Shown here: in pieces, positions 1-6,545 of the stretch
Layout: each line of letters begins with the position of its first letter
Position numbering within the stretch: position 1 is the first letter of the stretch
NCBI GenBank assembly: GCA_017609205.1
Contig: JAFCEL010000001.1
Location: forward strand, 270,001 to 302,000
Length of the DNA: 32,000 nucleotides
Origin: Candidatus Saccharimonadota bacterium
Lineage (GTDB): Archaea; Nanobdellota; Nanobdellia; Pacearchaeales; GW2011-AR1
Reading direction: 5' to 3'
The notes under the pieces: model-generated
What the model was told of the DNA's origin: nothing
Database searches by the model: none
Seen by the model: the letters and a program-made list of their open reading frames with translations, nothing else
Translations under genes and position numbers: made by a program

Positions 1-1
1 A

Positions 2-322
2 AATCCAACAAAAGTTCAATTAGGGATGATAAAGAAGGTTAGAGATTTTGTGGCTTATGGGGAAATTAATGAAGAAACATTAAAAAATTTAATAGAAAAA
101 AGAGGGCAATTGATTAGTAAGAAAAAGGATATTCCGAACAGCGAAGAAGTTATTAAAGGACTGCATGAAGGGAAAAAATTTGAAGATTTTAATTTAAAAC
201 CTTTTTTTAGATTGCATCCTCCTCGAGGAGGGATTGAAAGCAAAAAACATTTTAGTGTAGGAAAAGGTGTCTTAGGCGATAACAAAGATAAAATAAATGA
301 TCTTATTAGGAGGATGCTATGA
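2..322 (+). CDS. rpl30: Ribosomal protein uL30 (archaeal L30P), 5' end cut by the window edge
   Basis: The frame is open from base 2 (NPTKVQLG precedes the first Met of ORF 26..322). The GMIKKVRDFVAYGEINEETLKNLIEKRG core resembles archaeal uL30. It lies directly upstream of uL15 and SecY, as in archaeal r-protein operons. Confidence 0.85.
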   Translation, partial: NPTKVQLGMIKKVRDFVAYGEINEETLKNLIEKRGQLISKKKDIPNSEEVIKGLHEGKKFEDFNLKPFFRLHPPRGGIESKKHFSVGKGVLGDNKDKINDLIRRML

Positions 323-564
323 TTTTTGATAAATTTCAACAAAAAGAAATCTTCTTACAAGGCGTTGCAGAATCACCAACTTTTCCAGGAAAATCGTATT
401 ATATTATTACCAAAGAAGGAGAGATTGTAAGAATCTCAAAGGATTTATATGAGAAATTCAGATTTATAGTTTATAAAAAAGAAGATGACGCTTATGTTCC
501 TTGTTCACGAGGGGATATTACAGATAAGATATTAAAAGAAAGGCTGGATAAAGCATTAAAATGA
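319..564 (+). CDS. Hypothetical 81-aa protein embedded between uL30 and uL15
   Basis: Intact ORF. Its ATG overlaps the uL30 stop (ATGA at 319-322) and its stop overlaps the uL15 start (ATGA at 561-564). GGAGG at 309-313 lies 5 nt upstream. I recognise no motif. Charge is near neutral (about 16 K/R versus 14 D/E). Confidence 0.6.
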   Translation: MIFDKFQQKEIFLQGVAESPTFPGKSYYIITKEGEIVRISKDLYEKFRFIVYKKEDDAYVPCSRGDITDKILKERLDKALK

Positions 565-1037
565 AACTCAAAAAAAGAAAGAAATCATCAAGAATGCATG
601 GAAGAAAGATGGGAACTCACGGAGGTGGAGCTAGAGTTAAAAGGAAAAAAAGCGGAAGTAAAGGAGGTGTTGGTATGGCTGGGAGTGGAAAGAGAGGAGA
701 CCAGAAAAAAACACTTATCTATAAAAAGTATGGAAATAAATATTTTGGCAAACAAGGAATTACAAGCAGAAAGACACAAAAGAAAAAAGAGAATAAGATA
801 AATCTTCAACAAATTGAAGCAAATATTGATAATTATGGAAAGAAAACAGCAAAAGGTTGGGAAATTGATTTAAGAGATTACAAAATCCTTGGAACAGGTG
901 AGATAAAAAATAAACTAATTATAAGTGCGAAATCAGCTTCGAAATCTGCAATTGAAAAAGTTAAAAAAGCTGGTGGAGAGATAATTCTTTCAGAAAAGGT
1001 TAAGAAACAAGAAATTAAAAAAAAGAAAAAAGATTAG
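561..1037 (+). CDS. rpl15: Ribosomal protein uL15 (archaeal L15P)
   Basis: The N-terminal basic/glycine tract SSRMHGRKMGTHGGGARVKRKKSGSKGGVGMAGSGKRG is typical of uL15. Position is between uL30 and SecY. Confidence 0.9.
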   Translation: MKLKKRKKSSRMHGRKMGTHGGGARVKRKKSGSKGGVGMAGSGKRGDQKKTLIYKKYGNKYFGKQGITSRKTQKKKENKINLQQIEANIDNYGKKTAKGWEIDLRDYKILGTGEIKNKLIISAKSASKSAIEKVKKAGGEIILSEKVKKQEIKKKKKD

Positions 1038-1142
1038 AACTAAAAGAGGTTTTTGGGATTTGTTCTTATGACTCAATCAGATAGGTTACCTCATAAACCT
1101 TCTTGCAGAAACCTTTTAAACCATTTCAAATAATTAATATTT

Positions 1143-2582
1143 ATGGATTTGAGAAACATATTCCAATTTATTCCAGAGGTTACAAAACCTTCTGAAAAGA
1201 AAGTTGGGTTTAATGTAAAACTTAAATGGACCTTAATAGTCCTTGTAAGTTTCTTTATATTAGCAAATATTCCTCTATTCGGATTATCTGAAAATGCTCT
1301 TGGAAGATTTGAATATCTTGCAATTGTTCTTGGAACTTCTTTTGGGAGTATTATCTCTCTTGGAGTTGGACCAATTGTAATGGCATCGATTATTTTGCAA
1401 TTATTAACTGGTTCGGGAATCTTAAATATCGACACAACAACTACTGAAGGCAAGAAATTTTTTCAAGGTATTCAAAAATTACTTGTATTCTTTTTTATAG
1501 TTTTTGAAGCAACAGTATATGTTCTGATGAAAGGACTAGAGGCTACTCCAGGTTTTACTGGTCTGCTGATTGCTCAATTAATATTGGGAGGGCTTGCAAT
1601 TTTTTATATGGATGAAGTTACAAGTAAATGGGGTTTTGGATCTGGTGTTAGTTTATTTATTGGGGCAGGTGTCTCGTGGAGGATTTTTACGTCTGCATTT
1701 CAATTCATAAATCAACAAGGAAAAAATTGTCTCCTTGATTTCAAGAATACTGCATGCTCAGGGAAATTTCTTGTTTTAATCCAGTCAATAATTAATAAAT
1801 ATCCTATAGAATTCTTTTCTGCAGCAGCGACGATAATTGCTACAATCTTAATCTTTCTTGTTGTTGTATGGGCTCAATCATTAAAGGTTGAAATTCCTCT
1901 TTCATTTGGAAGGATTCGTGGATATTCTGTAAAATGGCCATTGTCATTTTTTTATGCTTCTGTTATTCCTGTAATCTTAACTTCCGCATTAATTGCGAAT
2001 CTACAATTATTCGGAGGGATGCTCGAGAATGCTGCTGCCCCTTGTTTTATTGAGGGGGGAGTTTGTTCAGGCTCTGCAAAGATAGCATCTTATTTCGGAT
2101 GGCTCGGGCATTTTGTTCAAGGACGAGCAGTTTCAGGATTTGCTTTTTGGCTAGGATCAACGAATCTTCTTGAATTATTTATTCGTGGAGGATTTTTACC
2201 GAAATACTTATTGCAAGGATTGACCCATATGATGTTCTTTATGTTTTTTTCAACAATATTCGCTGTTTTCTGGGTTAAAACTTCAGGAATGGATCCAAAA
2301 GCACAAGCAGAAAAAATTGCTGCATCAGGTTTGCAGGTTGCTGGTTTCAGGCAGGATATTAGAATTTTAGAGAGTATATTAAATAGATATATAATGCCCT
2401 TAACAGTCATGGGTGGTTTGGCCATTGGTCTGCTCGCGTCATTGACTAATTCGCTCGGGGCATTAGTTTCAGGGACTGCAATATTGCTAGTTATTATGAT
2501 TATGTTTCAGTTCTATCAGAACATTGCACAACAACACTCAGTCGATATGAATCCTGCAATGAAAAAATTTATGGGAGGTTAA
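1143..2582 (+). CDS. secY: Preprotein translocase subunit SecY
   Basis: 479 aa, 10 predicted TM segments, collinear with archaeal SecY. Matching stretches include FNVKLKWTLIVLVSFFILANIP, GVGPIVMASIILQLL, YMDEVTSKWGFGSGVSLFI, VEIPLSFGRIRG, FWVKTSGMDPKAQAEKI and RYIMPLTVMGG. Position downstream of uL15 is canonical. Confidence 0.95.
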   Translation: MDLRNIFQFIPEVTKPSEKKVGFNVKLKWTLIVLVSFFILANIPLFGLSENALGRFEYLAIVLGTSFGSIISLGVGPIVMASIILQLLTGSGILNIDTTTTEGKKFFQGIQKLLVFFFIVFEATVYVLMKGLEATPGFTGLLIAQLILGGLAIFYMDEVTSKWGFGSGVSLFIGAGVSWRIFTSAFQFINQQGKNCLLDFKNTACSGKFLVLIQSIINKYPIEFFSAAATIIATILIFLVVVWAQSLKVEIPLSFGRIRGYSVKWPLSFFYASVIPVILTSALIANLQLFGGMLENAAAPCFIEGGVCSGSAKIASYFGWLGHFVQGRAVSGFAFWLGSTNLLELFIRGGFLPKYLLQGLTHMMFFMFFSTIFAVFWVKTSGMDPKAQAEKIAASGLQVAGFRQDIRILESILNRYIMPLTVMGGLAIGLLASLTNSLGALVSGTAILLVIMIMFQFYQNIAQQHSVDMNPAMKKFMGG

Positions 2583-2611
2583 GTTTATAAGTAATATCTT
2601 ATTTAACTGAA

Positions 2612-3157
2612 ATGGTCAAGAAAAAGATAGGTTTTAGAACAATTCTTATTGTCATGATTTTAACCCTTGTAATTGCAGGACTATGGGATAGTCTTCCGTT
2701 AATAAGAGATCTTGTTCATTCAATTCTTGATCCAAGTTTTGGGACATTGCTCAATTGGAATCTTTATCTTGGAATGATAATAATTGTTATATTTATTTCT
2801 TTTTTAACAACACTTATTCAAAAATACACTACAGACCAAGAAGCACTAAAAGAACTGAAAGAGAAGCAGAAAAGAATTCAAGAAGAGATTAAAAAATTTC
2901 AGAAAGAAGGGAATTCAGCAAAAACAATGGAATTACAGAAAAAACAATTTGAAGCAATTCCAGAAACATTTAGGTTAAGTATGAGTTCTTTTGTATATAC
3001 GGGTGTTCCATTTATTCTTTTTATAAGGTGGTTCCAAGATTTCTTTGCATCTGCAGGAGAAATTAGATTCCTTGGATTTCTAAACTGGTTTTGGTTTTAT
3101 TTAATTCTTCTAGTACTCATTGGAGGAATATTAAGAAAGGTTTTAAAAGTTCATTAA
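2612..3157 (+). CDS. DUF106 / EMC3-TMCO1-like membrane protein (archaeal Oxa1/YidC-superfamily insertase candidate)
   Basis: N-terminal TM, a second TM, then a Lys/Glu coiled coil (QEALKELKEKQKRIQEEIKKFQKEG...ELQKKQFE), followed by C-terminal TMs. This is the DUF106 architecture. The position downstream of secY matches the MJ0480-type gene of other archaea. Confidence 0.7.
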   Translation: MVKKKIGFRTILIVMILTLVIAGLWDSLPLIRDLVHSILDPSFGTLLNWNLYLGMIIIVIFISFLTTLIQKYTTDQEALKELKEKQKRIQEEIKKFQKEGNSAKTMELQKKQFEAIPETFRLSMSSFVYTGVPFILFIRWFQDFFASAGEIRFLGFLNWFWFYLILLVLIGGILRKVLKVH

Positions 3158-3169
3158 TCCTGAAGACTT

Positions 3170-3589
3170 ATGAAAGAAAACACAAAACAACAAGAAGATC
3201 TATTTAAACTTGCTCTCTTTGAACAACAAATCCAAAATATTCAAGAACAGACTTCAGCAGTAGAAAGAGCAATTGTTGATCTAAAATCATTAACCTTAGG
3301 TATTGAAGAATTAATCGGTAAAAAGGGTGAGGAGATTATGGCTTCTATTGGAAAAGGAATTTTTGCAAAAGCAAAACTCCTTTCAGAAGATTTGCTTGTT
3401 GATGTTGGAGACAAAAATCTTGTAAAGAAAAACATTCCTGAAACAAAAAAACTCATAGAAAATCAGATTAAAAAATTAGAAGATATCAAAAGAGAACTCT
3501 CAGAAAACTTGGAAAAAATCAATAAAGAATTAACCAAGATTTTCACGGAGACCCAAAAACAAGAATCCAGGAAGAAGGCAAGACAGTAA
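3170..3589 (+). CDS. pfdA: Prefoldin alpha subunit
   Basis: 139 aa with coiled-coil N and C termini. They flank a central double beta-hairpin region (GEEIMASIGKGIFAKAKLLSEDLLVDVGDKNLVKKNIPE) that aligns with archaeal PfdA. Confidence 0.75.
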   Translation: MKENTKQQEDLFKLALFEQQIQNIQEQTSAVERAIVDLKSLTLGIEELIGKKGEEIMASIGKGIFAKAKLLSEDLLVDVGDKNLVKKNIPETKKLIENQIKKLEDIKRELSENLEKINKELTKIFTETQKQESRKKARQ

Positions 3590-3628
3590 ATAAATTATTT
3601 ATTTGAGAAAAGAAAAAATTGTTTGAAA

Positions 3629-4441
3629 CTAATTAACTTTCTTTAAAAATTGACTATAATTTAAAATTCCTAATTCACTAATTATCCTCGTGATATATTT
3701 TTTATCAACAAACTCAAATGCAGGGTTTTTTATTTTTATATCCTCAGGGGCATTATTCCAAACCTCATTTAATTTTCTTTGCTCAGTGGGAATTTTTCTA
3801 CCTGTAAATTTCCAAGAATCAGCAACAATATAAACCGGTATGTTTTCCTGTTTCGCAAGTTTCGCAATTGTCTCAGAACCAATTTTATTTATTATTCCTT
3901 TTTTTAGGATTGCATCTGCTCCCAAGAAAACTTTATCTACTTTTTTATTTCCTTGCTCCCCAGAAAGTGCAACTCCAATAGCAGAATCGACAAACATTGT
4001 TACATTTATTCCTGCTTTTCTAAGTTCTCGAGAAGTTTTTCTTCCCTGAAATAAGGGACGTGTTTCTGTGTTATACACCTCAAATTTTTTCTGTTTTTTT
4101 TTCGCATAAATTAAAGCATTAACAACAGTGGTTGAATGACAATGAGTAAAAATTACATCATTGCTCCTAATTAATTTATAGACATTTTTATTTATCTCGT
4201 CTTGTGCCTCCTTAAAATGTTTAGATATTTGAGAGTAATTTTTTGTTTTCTCAGCAAAGTTAAGAACTTTCTCCATCATTGGTTCTGTCGGGCGAGAGGA
4301 TAAAAGAATCTTCTTTGTTTTCTTTGTAGGATGAAGTTTGTAAGCAAAAAGTGCTTTTTTAGCTATATTCGTAGCACCCTGTATCTTTATTCGTTTGATA
4401 TCCCTTATAATCTGATTTAACCTCTTTTGCTTATCTTCCAT
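3629..4441 (-). CDS. eIF-2B alpha/beta/delta-family protein (aIF-2B-like or ribose-1,5-bisphosphate-isomerase-like)
   Basis: IQGATNIAKKAL near the N terminus, THCHSTTVVNAL, ETRPLFQGRKTSRELRKAGI and VFLGADAILKKGIINKIGSETIAKLAKQENIPVYIVADSWKF are characteristic IF-2B family blocks. Subfamily is not resolvable by eye. Confidence 0.75.
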   Translation of the reverse strand: MEDKQKRLNQIIRDIKRIKIQGATNIAKKALFAYKLHPTKKTKKILLSSRPTEPMMEKVLNFAEKTKNYSQISKHFKEAQDEINKNVYKLIRSNDVIFTHCHSTTVVNALIYAKKKQKKFEVYNTETRPLFQGRKTSRELRKAGINVTMFVDSAIGVALSGEQGNKKVDKVFLGADAILKKGIINKIGSETIAKLAKQENIPVYIVADSWKFTGRKIPTEQRKLNEVWNNAPEDIKIKNPAFEFVDKKYITRIISELGILNYSQFLKKVN

Positions 4442-4495
4442 TATAATAAGGATAAATTGAATAACATTTAAATATTCTACTTTTATAAGGATAAT

Positions 4496-5359
4496 ATGTT
4501 TGAATCAATAATCAATCCAAAAAGAAATGAAAGAGGGCCTATAAAGATGTTTTTTGTAGGGATTTTATTCGGTTCATTGTCCCTTATATTGGTCCACTTG
4601 TTTTTTTCTTCTGATTTTGTTCTATCCCAATACTCAGGAATGATTGTTGTAACATTTTGTGTGATGTTTTCTTTTCCTTATCTCTATTTTTTAATAAAAC
4701 AAGAGGAGTCTGAAGACGAACAGGTTGAAGGAATTAGTGGTGTGTGGGGTGCTCATAAAGACGCTATATTTGCGTTTATGTGGCTATTCATAGGTTTTGT
4801 TGTTGCATTTTCTTTTTGGAATATCGCACTTAAAAATGATGATCTATTCGGCGCTCAACTAAAAACATATTGTATGATCAATGACCCAGGACAAATAGAT
4901 TCGTGCATTGCAAGGAATTCTCACAAAACAATTAACAATCTGCACACAGGAGCAGTTACAAAAGAAATGAGGTTGTTCTCAATTATTGAAAATAATGTCT
5001 ACGTAATGATATTTACACTCTTATTTTCATTAATCTTCGGAGCAGGAGCCATATTTGTCCTTGCGTGGAATGCAAGTGTAATTGCTTCTGCAGTAGGTGT
5101 TTTTGCAGAATATCATTTTTCACAGATTCCTCTAGGGATTCTCAGATACATGGTTCATGGAGTTCCTGAAATTGCCGCATATTTTGTAACAGCACTTGCA
5201 GGGGGAATTATTGGAGCAGGGGTTATAAGAAGACAAATAAAAGATAAAAGATTTCTTAGAATAATTGAGAATAGTATCATACTTTTATTCATCGGAATAA
5301 TTTTGCTTGTATTTGCAGCATTCGTTGAAGTCTACTTCACTCCAATGTTATTTAATTAA
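4496..5359 (+). CDS. SpoIIM/DUF95-like integral membrane protein
   Basis: Multi-TM protein whose C-terminal block IIENNVYVMIFTLLFSLIFGAGAIF...MVHGVPEIAAYFVTALAGG resembles the SpoIIM family HG-x-x-E-x-x-A motif. Confidence 0.6.
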   Translation: MFESIINPKRNERGPIKMFFVGILFGSLSLILVHLFFSSDFVLSQYSGMIVVTFCVMFSFPYLYFLIKQEESEDEQVEGISGVWGAHKDAIFAFMWLFIGFVVAFSFWNIALKNDDLFGAQLKTYCMINDPGQIDSCIARNSHKTINNLHTGAVTKEMRLFSIIENNVYVMIFTLLFSLIFGAGAIFVLAWNASVIASAVGVFAEYHFSQIPLGILRYMVHGVPEIAAYFVTALAGGIIGAGVIRRQIKDKRFLRIIENSIILLFIGIILLVFAAFVEVYFTPMLFN

Positions 5360-5360
5360 A

Positions 5361-5501
5361 ATGGTAAGATATAGATGCAAAAATTGTAATTATTTTTTTG
5401 ATTCAGAAAAGTTTCAGAAAAAGTGTCCTTATTGCGGAAAAGAGAGCGTTGAGAGAGAACTTGATGCAGAGGGAATCCTAAAAGAAATTAGTAAAACTTA
5501 A
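5361..5501 (+). CDS. Zinc-ribbon miniprotein (46 aa)
   Basis: MVRYRCKNCNYFF...KKCPYCGKE has two CxxC pairs. The ATG at 5361 lies 1 nt after the upstream stop. The longer 5307 start would overlap the upstream gene. Confidence 0.5.
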   Translation: MVRYRCKNCNYFFDSEKFQKKCPYCGKESVERELDAEGILKEISKT

Positions 5502-5525
5502 AAATTCACGAGGCAATAGAATAAA

Positions 5526-6512
5526 ATGAATCCTTTGTTAATAATCTCTTTTCTGATAAGCTTTCTGGTCACCCTTTTTGCAATGCCCTTTTGGATAAGA
5601 AAAGCAAAAAGTTTAGGTCTTATCTGGAATGATATGAATAAATTTCATCATCCAAAAAATGTTGTGGGTTCTGGAGGATTGATGATGGTTTTTGGATTTA
5701 TTATTGGAACTCTGAGCTACGTTGCAATGAATACTTTTTACTTTCGGACAACAGAAAGGTTAATTGAAATATTTTCTGCACTTTCATCCATTCTAATAGT
5801 TACGGGTATTGCTCTTCTCGACGATTTATTTGGTTGGCAGAAAGGCGGGCTTTCAAAAAGATCCAGAATCTTACTTGTTCTTATTGCTGCAATTCCACTT
5901 ATGGTTGTTAATGCAGGAGAATCTACAATGATGGGAATAAAATTCGGATTATTATATCCTTTATTATTGATCCCAATAGGAATTCTTGGAGCAACAACAA
6001 CTTATAACTTTTTAGCTGGATTCAACGGACTTGAAGCAAGCCAAGGAATTATAATCTTAACAGCTCTTGCAGGAGTAACGTATCTAACAGGAAATAGTTG
6101 GTTGAGCATTGTGATTCTCTGTATGGTTGCCTCTTTGATGGCTTTTTATTTATTTAACAAATATCCTGCAAAGATATTTCCAGGAGATGTTTTAACATAT
6201 CCTGTGGGGATAATGATTGCTATTGTAGCGATATTAGGAAATATAGAAAAAATTGCTGTCTTTTTTTTCATTCCATATATGATTGAATTTTCGTTAAAGG
6301 CCCGAGGTAAATTTGAAAAGGAAAGTTTTGCAGAACCAAAACCTGATGGAAGCCTAGAACTAAAATACAATAAAGTTTATGGGCTTACTCATTTATCAAT
6401 ATATATTCTTAAAAAATTTAAAAAGAAAGTTTTTGAAAAAGATGTTGTTCTTTTAATAAATAGTTTCCAACTATTAATTATATTAATAGGTTATCTCCTT
6501 TTTATTGTATAA
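5526..6512 (+). CDS. Polyprenyl-phosphate HexNAc-1-phosphate transferase (GT4 family MraY/WecA/AglH-like), glycan-initiating enzyme
   Basis: Polytopic membrane protein with ALLDDLFGW, NFLAGFNGLEASQG and FPGDVLTYPVG blocks typical of the MraY/WecA/GPT family. It lies immediately upstream of aglB. Confidence 0.85.
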   Translation: MNPLLIISFLISFLVTLFAMPFWIRKAKSLGLIWNDMNKFHHPKNVVGSGGLMMVFGFIIGTLSYVAMNTFYFRTTERLIEIFSALSSILIVTGIALLDDLFGWQKGGLSKRSRILLVLIAAIPLMVVNAGESTMMGIKFGLLYPLLLIPIGILGATTTYNFLAGFNGLEASQGIIILTALAGVTYLTGNSWLSIVILCMVASLMAFYLFNKYPAKIFPGDVLTYPVGIMIAIVAILGNIEKIAVFFFIPYMIEFSLKARGKFEKESFAEPKPDGSLELKYNKVYGLTHLSIYILKKFKKKVFEKDVVLLINSFQLLIILIGYLLFIV

Positions 6513-6545
6513 AAAGTTTTTAAAGAAGAGATCTTTTGAAAAATA

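Noticed and set aside
1038-1142. 105-nt gap between uL15 and secY, examined for a structured RNA or C/D-box sRNA
   Set aside because: Only weak imperfect complementarity was found (AAGAGGTTT versus AAACCTTCTT), with no C/D or H/ACA box motifs. It most likely holds a secY promoter (TTTTAAAC about 25 nt before the ATG, suggesting a leaderless mRNA).
3588-3604. AT-only palindrome AAATAAAT-T-ATTTATTT spanning the pfdA stop codon between convergent genes
   Set aside because: It consists only of A/T pairs and would be a very weak structure. It could simply be T-tract terminators for both strands, and is not distinctive enough to call.
4446-4494. 10-nt direct repeat ATAAGGATAA (4446-4455 and 4485-4494) in the divergent promoter region between the eIF-2B-like and SpoIIM-like genes
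   Set aside because: It is short, AT-rich and plausibly chance. There is no third copy or dyad symmetry to support a regulator site.
5307-5360. Longer start for the zinc-ribbon ORF
   Set aside because: It overlaps the 3' end of the SpoIIM-like gene in another frame, and the extension has no features. The ATG at 5361 follows the upstream stop by 1 nt.
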